Source of the DNA: a bacterium
GTDB lineage: Bacteria; UBA8248
Length of the DNA stretch: 64,000 bases
Assembly (NCBI GenBank): GCA_963692865.2
Contig: OY843592.1
Coordinates: forward strand, 3,200,001 to 3,264,000
Reading direction: 5' to 3'
Shown: positions 19,706 to 30,377 of the stretch, one piece after another
Numbering within the stretch: the stretch's first letter is position 1
Layout of the letters: each line of letters opens with the position of its first letter
Program-made: the position numbers and the translations under genes
Notes under the pieces: model-generated
Database searches by the model: none
What the model was told of the DNA's origin: nothing
The model's input: the letters and a program-made list of their open reading frames with translations, nothing else

Positions 19706-22700
19706 TCACCACCGCTTCGAGCCGCTCAGGTACACGCCGCCTCCGGTCCCCGCGCCGCCGCCGGGTTCGGTGAGGCTGGCCTCGAGGCTCACCTCGGTAT
19801 CCGCGCCGGACTTCCAGCGCGCCCCGGTGCGCCAGGTTTCACCGCTCCCGGTGAGCGCCACCCCCGTGTAGGGCGTCAGCAGGCCGCGCCAGGCGTCGAG
19901 CCCCCAGGCCGCCTCGGCCTCGAAGCCCGTTCCGGGCTCGAAGCCTCCTCCCGGCGGGAAGCTCCGGAGGGCTCCCGACCACAGATGTTCCGCGCCGCCC
20001 GCGGCCGCCCCCCATGAGGAGCCGGCGCTCAGCGAGAGCCCGCGCCCGTCCTTGCCCGGCGCGTAGCGCACCGAGCCGCTCACGCCCCATTCCCCGTAGT
20101 CGCTCTCGGAGTGCGCCAGGAGCCCCCGCGCGCTCATCTCCACCGAGAGGCCGCCCGAGGCGTAGCGTAGCGAACCGCCCAGCTCCAGGCCGCCGCCCGT
20201 CTCCGCGTCGCCACCCTCGTGGCGGAGCCCGAGCTCCACCGAGGGCGTCAGCACCGCGCCGCCGGCCAGGCGGACGGAGCGCGAGCCCTCGAGCAGGAGC
20301 CGCACCCGGCTCGTCTCCGCCTCGGCCGCCGCCAGGTCCGGCGCGGCGTCCGAACGCGTCCGCGTCACGAGCAGGTCCGCGCGCAGGGCCAGCTCGAACC
20401 CGCCCGGTTCGCGGGCGGGCAGCAGGACGCCCCGCGCGCCCGCGGCCGCCATGCTCGCGTCGAGGCCGGTCTCGTGCGAGACCCCGTCCGCGGGTTTCAG
20501 CGTCAGGTCGCCCTGCCCGTGGCCGACGACGCCCCAGAGCGTGAACACATCGCTCACCCGGTAGCGCGCATAGGGGTAGAAGCCGGTGAGGGCGCTCTCC
20601 ACCTCGCCCGAACAGCCCGCGTCGCAGGCGCCCTGCGTCGCGTAGCTCCCCTCGCCGGAGCTTCGCGAGAGCGCCGCGCCCACGAGCCAGCGGCCGCGCT
20701 CGAAGTCCGCTCCCAGCGTCGCCGTCGTCACCTCGCCCTCGAGTGTGAGCGCATCTTCCGCGCCGTCGAAGCCCGAGTGCGCCCCCCGGCCCCAGACCGA
20801 CCAGCGCGGGCCCGCCTTCACGTCCCCCGCGGAGGCGAGGTGGAACGAACTGGCCAGAAGCAGGGCGCCCATGTCGAACTCGCGCCAGTGCTGCTCCTCA
20901 TCCTCCCCCGTCCGCGCGTTCAGGGCGCGGACGTACTTCCCCGCGCCCGAAAGGAACGAATCCCCCGCACCGGGAAGGGCATCCGGACCCCCCGCGGGAA
21001 AACCCTTCCCCTCCGCGGAGAGGCGATGGCCGCCCAGCCTCACGCCGGGCGCGGAAGCGCCCCGAAGGCGCTCGCCCACCGCGCCGACCACCTGGTCCGC
21101 CACCGTGCGCCCGAAGCGCGCCGTCCACGCCGCCGGGATCGGGTCGTCGTTGACGATGGTGCCGACCCCTTCCCCGTCGGCGATGGTCGCGCCCCGCGCG
21201 TCGGAGAGCACCAGGTAGAAGGTCTCCGGCCCCTCGTCGTGCCAGTCGCCGATCAGGTCGACCGTGACCGTCTTCCGCGTCTCCCCCGGAGCGAACGACA
21301 TCCGGCCGTACTCTGTCTCGTAGTCTCCGTAGAGGCCGTACAAATCGCCCCTCGCCGTTCCGTCGCGCGTCGTGTAGCTCACGCTCACCGGGTGCGCGGC
21401 CGGCGGCGACAGCGTCACCGTGAAGTGCATCTCGCCCGAGGCGTAGGGGTGGCCCTCGTCCGCCTGGGCGTCCGACACGCGGAGCGCCGGCTCGGCCGCA
21501 GGCGGCGAGGGCGTCGTCGTCTCAGTCTCCTCCTCCGGTTGCTGCGTCGCGGCGCCGCCCCCTCCGAAGACGGTCAGCGTGAAGTCTCCCGTCCCGGGGT
21601 CGAAGGTCGTCGCCTCGATGGTGTACGTCCCCGCGTCGAGCGTGCGCCTGATGCGAGAATCGTACCCCCGCCCGCCGTCGTCGTCGTACTCGAGCGCCCT
21701 GCCGCTGCGCTGCTGGGCGCCGGAGCGGAGGTAGAGGAACGCGTCGGTGCGGGAACCGAGATAGATGGTCATCTCCCGGCGCTCCGCCAGCGTGAGCTCG
21801 TACCAGCGCGCGTGGCGGCCTCTGCGGTCGATCGAGTCGCATCCGGCCGCCCAGCGGCCGGTCACGCTGCCGTCCCCGGCGAGGCGCTGCGTGCACCGGG
21901 ACTCCGACGGCGCCTGCCCCGGACCCGAGGCGGCATCGAGCGTCACCGACACCGGCGCCGAGGGCCGCCCCCGCCCGGCGTCGTTCACCGCGCGCACCCG
22001 GAAGCGGTAGGTCCTGCCGTTGGCGAGGCCCGTCACCGTGTGGCCGGTGGCCAGGCCGTCGCCGGCGTCGGTCCACACGCCGTCACGCTCGACCTGCCAC
22101 CCGGTCACGCCGTCCATCGCGTCCCAGCGAAGCGTCACCTGCCGGTCGCCCGCCTCGGCCCCGAAGCCGGTCGGCTGCGCCGGCGCCGGCGCGGTCCTGC
22201 CCAGGCCGCTCACCGTCAGGGTGAACCGACCCTCGTCCAGGCGGCGATAGGTCGTCGTCTCGACGGTGTAGGTCCCCGCCGCGAGCGTGCGGACGATCCG
22301 CGAGTTCCGGCTGCCCCCCGCGTCGTCGTTCCAGGCGAGCGGCGTGCCGTCCATCCGGTCGACGCCCGACCAGAGGTAGAGCCAGGGATCGGCGTCGCCG
22401 GACCGGAGGTCGATGGTCACCGTCGACCGCCCGGCCAGCGTGAAGCGCCAGTAGCGCGTGGCGTGGCCGGCGCGCTTGGCCGACGCGCAGTCCGGCGCCC
22501 AGCCCCGGGTCCCGAAGCCGTAGTCCCCGGTCCAGCGTCCGGTCACGCTGCCGTCCCCGGTCAGGCGCCCGCTGCACACGGCCGGCGGCGGCCCCACCGG
22601 CGCGGCGGAGATCGCGTTCGACCACGGACCGGGCACCCACTCGATGTACCTCGTGGCGGGGCCCCGCCGCATGGCCCGCACCTGGAATTGGTAGGCGGTG

Positions 22701-24327
22701 CCGTTGGTCAGGCCGGTCACGACGCCGCTGGTGTCGCCGCCGTAGCTGCCCGGGAACCAGTCCTGCCTGACGATGCGGCTGCCCTCCAGCGCACGGTACT
22801 GGTAGCCCCGCGCTCCGGTAACCGTGGTCCAGCGCAGGGTCATCTGCCCGTTGCCCGGCTCCGCGCGCAGGTTGACGGGCGTCGAGACGCTGGCCGTCTG
22901 AAAGGTCACGCTCGCGATCTCGTTCGCCGTGTTGCAGCCCGTCGCCGAATACGCCTTGTAGGTGTAGGACGTGCCCGCGGTCAGCGAGCTCAGGTCCGCA
23001 TGCGTCGTGCCCGCGGCGACCGAGGTGCAGGTCCCGGCGATCGGGGCGGTCCGCTTGTACCACCACGCGGACGTGTGATTCGTGATCGTCAGACGTGCAC
23101 TCGTCGCCCTGATAGGATTGGCGGTGAGGGCCGGGCCAGCCGTCAGCGTCACCCCGCCGCCCCGCATCAGGTTCACCGGGGTCGAGTAGGTCGTGCCCGA
23201 CTTGCAGTAGGCCAGCGCACGGTACTCGCCGGCAGAGGTCGGGGTGTAGCGAAGTTGGTAGACGCCGGAGCCTGTGCTCACGTAGCTTCCCACCCGAGTC
23301 GTCAGCGCGGTGCTCTTGTACCAGCCGATCTCGGCCGTGCCGGTCGTGCAGCTCACGACGCCCGGAGTCAGAACTCCTGTCAACCTGCCTCTCGCGAGAC
23401 CGAAACTCTCGTTCCAGGCGTTGCTGCCGGAGGGCTTGTTGCGCTGGGCGTAGGTGTAGACAACGTTAGTCAGCACGGAACGGGTCAGCGTCGGGGGGGT
23501 GGGGGTCGTCGACTGGGTCGTCGCGTTGACGGTGAACTTGATGGAGCCGGTCCACGATCCCCACGGACTTGCGGAATTGGGTTTGCGGCGAGCAGCATTC
23601 GCGATGGTCGCGGCGCTCCACCCGCCGGTGCCGGTCTCCGCATTGCTATTGGTAAAATTAACATCTCTGGACTCAGCAGTCGACGAGGTTTTGACCTGTA
23701 CAAAATAAGTGGTGTTGCCGTTCAGGGTGATGCCGCTCGCGGTGAGGGTCTTCTGTCCGGCGGTGTTGTCGATAGTGCCGGTCAGGTTGTTGCCGATCTG
23801 AGTCCCGGGATTGCTGGCGTTGGTCCCGGTGCCAGGGTTGTGGATCGATACAACCAACTGTACGGCATTACCGACGTTGGCTAGCACATCCAAGACGACG
23901 GAGTTCAGCGTGTACCTGTCGGTGGTGGTGCCGCCGGTGGTGAACGCATTGGCAAGCAAGGTATCAGCGTCTGCGGCAAAGTTGACGCTGGTGGTTTGCG
24001 AAATATTGCTGACGCTGACCGCCTGCGCCTGCGCCGGGGCGGGCGGCAGCAGGGCGAGGGACGCCAGCAGGGCGAGGGCGAGGAGGCCGGCGGCCCGGCG
24101 GGCGCTTCCCGCGAGGCGTCGGGCCGGGCTATCTAATCGGAGTTCGGAGTTCGGAGTTCGGAGTTCGGAGTTCGGAGTTCGGAGTTCGGAGTTCGGAGTT
24201 CGGAGTTCGGAGTTCGGAGTTCGGAGTTCGGAGTTCGGAGTTCGGAGTTCGGAGTTCGGAGTTCGGAGTTCGGAGTTCGGCTCTTACCCAATCTGGCAGA
24301 TACCGCCGGGGCTGTCCACCTGGTCAT
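19706..24327 (-). CDS. Large autotransporter/adhesin (FN3, two PPC-like, Calx-beta, beta-barrel); currently frameshifted in a 5' heptamer tract
   Basis: The long ORF 19706-23959 stays open upstream through a signal peptide (RRAAGLLALALLASLALLPPAPAQA) into the repeat. The RBS+ATG at 24327 is in another frame. Terminal aromatic residue (SKRW). Confidence 0.85.
24137..24280. repeat. Simple sequence repeat (GGAGTTC)x20
   Basis: 20 perfect heptamers at 24139-24278 plus partial flanks. Confidence 0.97.
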
Positions 24328-24593
24328 GTCATCGCCTCCCTTACGTTTTTCTTGTTCACCTTTCCTTTCCCGGAGTTCCGAGACGGCGTCGATCCGGGCG
24401 GACCGCGCCGCCTCATGCTTTTACCATTTGTTATAGTATACACCATCGCATGCGATCTTTTGTTAAGTATTCGTGTTATTATCTCGTATTATGATGTGAA
24501 TATGATAAAACTTGGCCCAAATCAGCAAAAAAATGCGGGCTTGCGGCGGGGCGACGTGCGGAACGGGGACATGAGGGAAACGGCCGCCCGGCG

Positions 24594-26936
24594 TCACTCC
24601 GGCGCGGCCATGCGGTAGCCGACGCCGCGCACGTTGAGGACGTAGGAGGGCGCGGCGGGGTCGTCGCCGAGCTTGCGGCGCAGCTTCTTGACGACGGTGC
24701 GCAGCCGCTCCGTACGGCCGGTGCGGCTCTCGCCCCAGACCCGGCGCAGCAGCGTATCGTAGGTCAGGACCCGCCCGGCGCCCGAGGAGAGCGCATGCAG
24801 CAGGTCGTACTCGGTGGCCGTGAGCCGGACCTCGCGGCCGGCCAGGGTCACGAGGCGCTGCTCGTGGCGGACGGCCAGCTCCCCGAGCACGAAGGGTTCG
24901 GGTCCGGCCCGCCTGCGGAGCGCGGCCCGGATCCGCGCCACGAGCTCCGTCGGCGAGAAGGGCTTGACGATGTAGTCGGCGGCGCCGCTCTCGAGCGCCC
25001 GGGCGACCGTCTCGTCGCGATCGTAGGCGGAGATGAAGATGACCGGCAGATCGGCCAGTCCGGGGACGGTTTCCATCAGTTCGATCCCGTCGGTCCCCGG
25101 GAGCATCAGGTCGAGCAGGACCAGGCGGGGCCTCTCGGCCGCGATGACGCGTGAGAGCTCCCGGTGGTCGGCGGTCACGACCGGGGCGTAGCCCGCCCCG
25201 GCGAGGGCGTCGCGGAGGTAGCGGAGCGTCTCGGGGTCGTCGTCCACCGCGAGTACGGTCATGGATTCGCTCTCCTCGCGGGGGGGACGGGAAAGGCCCG
25301 GGGCGGACGGATCGGCGGCCTCTTCGGCCGCGGGGAGCGTGAAGGTGAAAGTCGCGCCCCGGCCGATGCCCGCGCTCTCCGCCCGGATGCGCCCCCCGTG
25401 CGCCTCCACCAGCCCCTTGCAGATGAACAGGCCCAGGCCGTATCCCCCGCCGGCTCCGCGCTCCCCCTCATCGCCGCCGAAACCGGCATACTTCCGGAAA
25501 AGACGCGGCAGCTGCCCGGCCGCAAGCCCCCGGCCCTCGTCGGAGACCGAGAGCGCCACGTGCACGCCGTCGCGCTCCGCCGACACCCGGACGGGCGACG
25601 TCCCGGGAGAGTGCCGGGCGGCGTTGCGCAAAAGGTTGTTCAGCACCTGCTCGATGCGCTGGCGGTCGGCCATCACCCGGGGCAGGTCCGGCGGGAGGTC
25701 GATCAGCACGGCGTTGCGCCCGCCGCCCGAGACGAACGCGTTCCTCGCCCGCTCCACCAGGACGCCCGCGTCGGTGGGCTCGGGAGAGACCGACAGCCTG
25801 CCCGCGTCGATGAGCCCCGTGTCCAGCAGGTCGGCGACCAGGCCGATCATGTGATCGGCCTGCCCGTCGATGAGGCGGAAGAACTCGCGCATCTCGACCG
25901 GACCGAAGACCCGCCCGGCGCCGAGCACCGCGGCGGTCGAGCCCTTGATCGAGGTCAGCGGCGCGCGCAGCTCGTGGCTGACCATGCCCAGGAACTCCAC
26001 GCGCATCCGCTCGAGCTCCTGGAGCGGCGCCATGTCCTGCATGGTGACGACCGTCGACACCACCGCGCCGTCCTCGCCGTGGATCGGCGTCGCGTTGATC
26101 AGCGCCGTGACGCTGCGCCCGTCGGGCACCGAGAGCACGACCTCCTCGGCGCGCACCGTCTCGGCGCCGCTCAGCACGGCCGCGAAGGGCAGCTCGTCGA
26201 GCGCGACCTCGCGCCCGTCGGCGAAGCGGCACATCAGCACCTCGAGCAGCGCCTCCACGGGGCGGCCCGCGGTGCGCAGCTTCTCCCCGATCCGCCTCAT
26301 CTCCCGGTTGATCGACACCGGGGCGCCGGTTTGTGCGTCGAACAGCGCCACGCCGACCGGCGAGGTCTCGACCAGGGCCTCGAGGTCGGCCCGCGCGCGC
26401 CGCTCGGCGCGGTGCGCCCGCGCGTTGGCGAGCGCGGCCGCGGCCTGGCTCGCGAGAAACCCCAGCACCTCCCCGTCTTCGCCGGTGAACGCCCCGCCGC
26501 CTTCCTTCCCGGCCAGGAAAAGGCTGCCGACGTGCGTGCCGCGATGGCGCATCGGCGCGCACAGGAACGTCCGCCACGGCAAGCGGTCCGGGGAGAAGCC
26601 GAGCGCCCGCGCGTGGGCGCGCAGGTCCGTCAGGCGCAGCGGTTCGGCCAGATCGCGGAAGTGTTCGAGAAACCGCGGCCCCTCGGGCCAATCCACCAGC
26701 CCCCGGTGCTCCCGGGGGGCGATGCCCGAACTCCTGAAGCCGTCGGGCCCGCCCGACTCGTCGAGGGTCACGACGACGCCGTGGCGCGCGCCGCTCAGCC
26801 CGCGGGCGCTCTCGAGGACTTCGCGGAGCACGGTCCCCGGGTCGAGGCTCGAGGCGATGCGCCCCAGGGCCGCGCACAGCCGCGAGAAGCGCTCGTGCAG
26901 GGCCGCCTCGCGCCTGGCGTTATCGAATTCGGTCAC
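24594..26936 (-). CDS. Hybrid GAF-PAS-histidine kinase-REC-OmpR winged-helix regulator
   Basis: VSHELRAPLT (H box), NLLRNA, DEGRG, GLGLFI; REC AVDDD/LLDLMLP/KPF; LTATEYDLL..VRGVGY. GTG 26936 has a GGAGG RBS. Confidence 0.9.
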   Translation of the reverse strand: MTEFDNARREAALHERFSRLCAALGRIASSLDPGTVLREVLESARGLSGARHGVVVTLDESGGPDGFRSSGIAPREHRGLVDWPEGPRFLEHFRDLAEPLRLTDLRAHARALGFSPDRLPWRTFLCAPMRHRGTHVGSLFLAGKEGGGAFTGEDGEVLGFLASQAAAALANARAHRAERRARADLEALVETSPVGVALFDAQTGAPVSINREMRRIGEKLRTAGRPVEALLEVLMCRFADGREVALDELPFAAVLSGAETVRAEEVVLSVPDGRSVTALINATPIHGEDGAVVSTVVTMQDMAPLQELERMRVEFLGMVSHELRAPLTSIKGSTAAVLGAGRVFGPVEMREFFRLIDGQADHMIGLVADLLDTGLIDAGRLSVSPEPTDAGVLVERARNAFVSGGGRNAVLIDLPPDLPRVMADRQRIEQVLNNLLRNAARHSPGTSPVRVSAERDGVHVALSVSDEGRGLAAGQLPRLFRKYAGFGGDEGERGAGGGYGLGLFICKGLVEAHGGRIRAESAGIGRGATFTFTLPAAEEAADPSAPGLSRPPREESESMTVLAVDDDPETLRYLRDALAGAGYAPVVTADHRELSRVIAAERPRLVLLDLMLPGTDGIELMETVPGLADLPVIFISAYDRDETVARALESGAADYIVKPFSPTELVARIRAALRRRAGPEPFVLGELAVRHEQRLVTLAGREVRLTATEYDLLHALSSGAGRVLTYDTLLRRVWGESRTGRTERLRTVVKKLRRKLGDDPAAPSYVLNVRGVGYRMAAPE

Positions 26937-27264
26937 TGTCGCGTCCTCCCCCCCTCCGGGGGGATATGCGGGTGGCGTTGCGCGCCGGTTCCGGTACCGG
27001 CGCAGGGTATTCGGCAAGAATATCACAGAAGTCACGAAATAAACACCGTATCTGACCTGAAAATCACCCTGAAATCATAAAAGCCCGTTGTCCGGGCAGC
27101 TTCGGGTAAAATAAAATGCAGTCTCACCCGGAACGGACCGGGAAAGGCCCCGGGTCCGCGTGGCGGGACGCGACGACGGAGAGGACTCGAGCCCGTGAAG
27201 AAGCGCGCCGCAAAACCCCCTCCGGTTCCGTGATCCGACCGCCGAGGGGAAGGGAGGCATCCGC

Positions 27265-29067
27265 ATGAAGAGCACGAAGAGGCTGGCCCGGCGGGCGGCG
27301 CCCGCCCTCGCGCTGGCGGCGATGATGACCCTGGCCGCCTGCGGCGGCGGGGGCGGCGGATCAAGTCCGCCCGCGGTGATTCCACCGCCGACGCCGACAC
27401 CAACACCAGATCCGACTCCAACGCCAGACCCGACACCGGACCCGACACCGACTCCGGATCCGGATGAGCGGCGCGGAGAGTTGGCGCTCCCCGGGCTCGA
27501 GCTTATCCCGCTGGATAAGATCAAACTCACAAACAGGGAAATACAGAAACAGTTCGTGGTGCTTGACGGCAGTAACGAAAATCATGAGCGCCCAGTTCGC
27601 GAAACGGCGTGCAAAGCGTATGTAACCGGCTGTAAGGATTCAAACGACTATTCCGGCAAGCTTATCGGAAGAAACGGCACCGTTCTGGCGAATCGGACAA
27701 ATGGCTCAACGCCGTTTTCCTTTCTCGGGACGCGAGCTATTGCCGGTAGACCTGAAATAGATTGGTACTTACAGGAAATCCGAAGAATGGGTACGGTGAA
27801 AATTACTACCGAGTCAATACAGCCAGGATTGGGGGGTGTCATGGTTGAGCATTACGGCGCTTCATTGCCGTTTTTGTCGGTGATTGCTGCCGGTAATATA
27901 CCAACCGATTCATTTACTGGTTTTGATGAGCAGTACTCAGCAAGGGCTCAAAATACTCGAAACGCCATCGCAGCTAACAAGGCGATATATGTCGCCGGGC
28001 ATATGCGGGATGCGAACGGAAACTATATTCGCGATCCGTCTTCAAGCGGATGTAAGGGCGGCGACAGCGGATGTATTTGGGCGCCGTTCACTACTGAAGG
28101 TGTCGGAGTAGGTACCAGTCTCTCCGCTCCGAGGTTCGGCGCGGCACTTGCCTCAGTGCTTAGTGTGTTTCCTGACACGAAGGACACGGAACTTGCCCGT
28201 TTCGGCAAGGCGTGTGCCAAAAAGTCAGGAAACGGCATTGAGGCACTGCTTGCAAAATCAGGCGGCGTCGGCGTCGCCGACTTCACCTGCATGGGTAGTG
28301 TCGTCGGTTCGCTCACCAATCTGCCGACAGGCGCAACAACAACGGTGACTGTGAACGGACAGACCGTTACTGTCGGCGGAAGAAGTGTGTCACTTCCCTC
28401 AGAGGGGAGTGTCGCGTCATACATCACCAGAGAAGTGAGCAATGGTGCTGTCGGTCAGGCGATACCTGCTGGTGTGGCATACGCGCAGTTTGAGAAAGAT
28501 GACGAAACCGCGCCTACCCGCATCAAACTAACCGGCTTTACCGGCAGTGATAACGGCTTTTCTTTAAACGCCGTGCCGAACAATTCAGGATCGCTATCCT
28601 TGGTCGGTCTGCAGAAAGCGGGAGATTTTTTCGCGCTTGCCGCCGTTGGGGAAAGGTCTGACTTTTTCGGTTTCTCCAAAGGACACGGAGAAGTCCTCAA
28701 TGCAGAAATCTCCGCCGGACACAAAAACGCGTTCCTTCGTTTTGAAAAACAGATTTCAAACGGCGGGATAGATGTTCGGGATGCGGAAGGTGAATCATTC
28801 GGGTTCACGCTCCGTAAAGGATTTGACCTGACCGAGAGAGTGTTCCTGTCCGCCGCCGTCCGCGGCGACAGATTTCTCGGCGGGGAAGCAAGTATTCCGT
28901 TCGGCAGGGTTGATCTGTCAAAGAGCGGATGGGATCATCGCGTATCCCTGTCTTCCGACATTCTGGTTGACAAAAACGCCACCGTGAGTATCTCGGCGGG
29001 TACTCGCTTCCCGGCAACGGGAGACAGTGAAACAGACATATCCGCCAAATACTCCCTGCGCTTCTGA
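27265..29067 (+). CDS. Lipoprotein with Pro/Thr linker, subtilase (S8)-like domain and C-terminal beta-barrel
   Basis: Lipobox LAACGGGG; PTPTPD repeats; VVLDG, NH, AAGN, GTSLSAP; ends in YSLRF. Confidence 0.75.
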   Translation: MKSTKRLARRAAPALALAAMMTLAACGGGGGGSSPPAVIPPPTPTPTPDPTPTPDPTPDPTPTPDPDERRGELALPGLELIPLDKIKLTNREIQKQFVVLDGSNENHERPVRETACKAYVTGCKDSNDYSGKLIGRNGTVLANRTNGSTPFSFLGTRAIAGRPEIDWYLQEIRRMGTVKITTESIQPGLGGVMVEHYGASLPFLSVIAAGNIPTDSFTGFDEQYSARAQNTRNAIAANKAIYVAGHMRDANGNYIRDPSSSGCKGGDSGCIWAPFTTEGVGVGTSLSAPRFGAALASVLSVFPDTKDTELARFGKACAKKSGNGIEALLAKSGGVGVADFTCMGSVVGSLTNLPTGATTTVTVNGQTVTVGGRSVSLPSEGSVASYITREVSNGAVGQAIPAGVAYAQFEKDDETAPTRIKLTGFTGSDNGFSLNAVPNNSGSLSLVGLQKAGDFFALAAVGERSDFFGFSKGHGEVLNAEISAGHKNAFLRFEKQISNGGIDVRDAEGESFGFTLRKGFDLTERVFLSAAVRGDRFLGGEASIPFGRVDLSKSGWDHRVSLSSDILVDKNATVSISAGTRFPATGDSETDISAKYSLRF

Positions 29068-29086
29068 ACGCGATAGAACTTTCTGC

Positions 29087-29121
29087 ACGGCCCGGCAGGG
29101 GCGACCCTGCCGGGCCGTTTT
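29087..29121 (+). terminator. Hairpin/terminator after the subtilase-autotransporter
   Basis: ACGGCCCGGCAGGG/CCCTGCCGGGCCGT stem followed by T's. Confidence 0.75.
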
Positions 29122-29149
29122 GTACGTCATGGACTCCTGGAGGTGAAGT

Positions 29150-29524
29150 ATGAAGATGGGGAAAGGTTCGTTGTTTTCGTTGCTGGCGGTCGTGGTCTTT
29201 CTGTTTCTTGCCGGTTGTGGCAACACGCGCCTAATCGATAAATGGTCATTTCACCTGGAAATAGCAGAATCAGCAAAATCGAAAGACGACTATGAGGTCA
29301 CCTTCAAGGATGACAAGTGTCCAAACATAGGCCAGGAGCACAGTGGTTTTTCATTCTTGCTCTCCCGTTCAAGGAGGTCCGAAGACACGAAACGCGAGAA
29401 AAATTGCACAAACAAACCGTGCTGCACGGTTACGATTAAATATGATGGGGACTCTTTCGATATTTCCTCCACCAAAGGCAAAAAACATTTAATAGAAGTG
29501 AAAAAAATAAAGTTGCCTCGCTAG
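29150..29524 (+). CDS. Small Cys-rich lipoprotein 1
   Basis: GGAGG RBS; lipobox LAGC; KDDKC..REKNC..CC. Confidence 0.8.
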   Translation: MKMGKGSLFSLLAVVVFLFLAGCGNTRLIDKWSFHLEIAESAKSKDDYEVTFKDDKCPNIGQEHSGFSFLLSRSRRSEDTKREKNCTNKPCCTVTIKYDGDSFDISSTKGKKHLIEVKKIKLPR

Positions 29525-29705
29525 ACGGGTCCGACGACGCGACACTCGGCATCCCGGGTCCCCTGCTTCCCGGCGATGGGAGAGCGGGAATCGTCCTTGT
29601 TTGACAAATATCCTTTGCGCTTTTGAATGCGGAGAACTTTCACGGCCCGGAGCGTTCGTTCCGCTAGGCCAATTTTTATTCATCACGGACTTTGGAGGTG
29701 AAAGC

Positions 29706-30107
29706 ATGAGGACTCGGCACGGTTCGTTGTTTTCGTTATTTGCTGTTGTGGTTTTCTTGTTCCTTTCTGGTGGTTGTTCCAGCCCACGCATAGTCGACAC
29801 ATGGTCGTTTCAGTTAGAACTGGCAAAATCAGAGGCCCACCCGGGCTCCCATAAGATCACCGTCAAAGATGACAAATGTATGAACGCAAACAAGGGAAGC
29901 AGCGGTTTTTCAATCGACGGTTTTTTACTCGGCTCAACAGAGATTCAAGGAAGCAGGAAAGAGAAAAATTGCGAATTTGCTCCTGACCGCTGCTGCGAGG
30001 TTACAATTGGATATGATGGGGATTATTTCAACGCCTCCTCTAGAGATGGGAATATCAAAGGGAAAGAGCATCACGTAGAAGTGAGAGGAGTAAAGTTATC
30101 TCGCTAG
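29706..30107 (+). CDS. Small Cys-rich lipoprotein 2 (paralog of lipoprotein 1)
   Basis: GGAGG RBS; GSLFSL..VVVFLFL..C, WSF.LE.A, KDDKC, EKNC, CC.VTI.YDGD.F all shared with lipoprotein 1. Confidence 0.8.
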   Translation: MRTRHGSLFSLFAVVVFLFLSGGCSSPRIVDTWSFQLELAKSEAHPGSHKITVKDDKCMNANKGSSGFSIDGFLLGSTEIQGSRKEKNCEFAPDRCCEVTIGYDGDYFNASSRDGNIKGKEHHVEVRGVKLSR

Positions 30108-30377
30108 GCTGGATGACAAGGCTGATCGGTCCTTAAGCCGTAAGGGAATTGGCCGGACGTGAACGAACGCCCTCTCGCCTTCCGGCTCATCAGGAAGGCG
30201 AGGGGGACTTGCCTCGGCAAACCTCAACCGGCGGTGGGAGAGTTCCGGCACTCCGGGTTCGTCGGGTATTTTTGCGCTCCTAATACGAAATCCCCCTCCG
30301 CGTCTTCTGGTTCGTGAAGGGGGTTTTTGTTCATAAGGGATTGAGGTGGTAGTGGCATGAGGGCTTGCAGTTCGTCA

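Noticed and set aside
23811-24494. ORF with SSEFGVR repeats
   Set aside because: Antisense reading of the heptamer tract.
26920-26929. TTATCGAATT copy of the island core
   Set aside because: It lies inside the kinase coding sequence without arm motifs and is likely chance. It also shows that the core alone is weak evidence.
20219-27080. Long + strand ORFs (20219-23884, 25164-27080 and others)
   Set aside because: Antisense shadows of GC-rich minus-strand genes; Arg/Gly/Pro-rich with no motifs.
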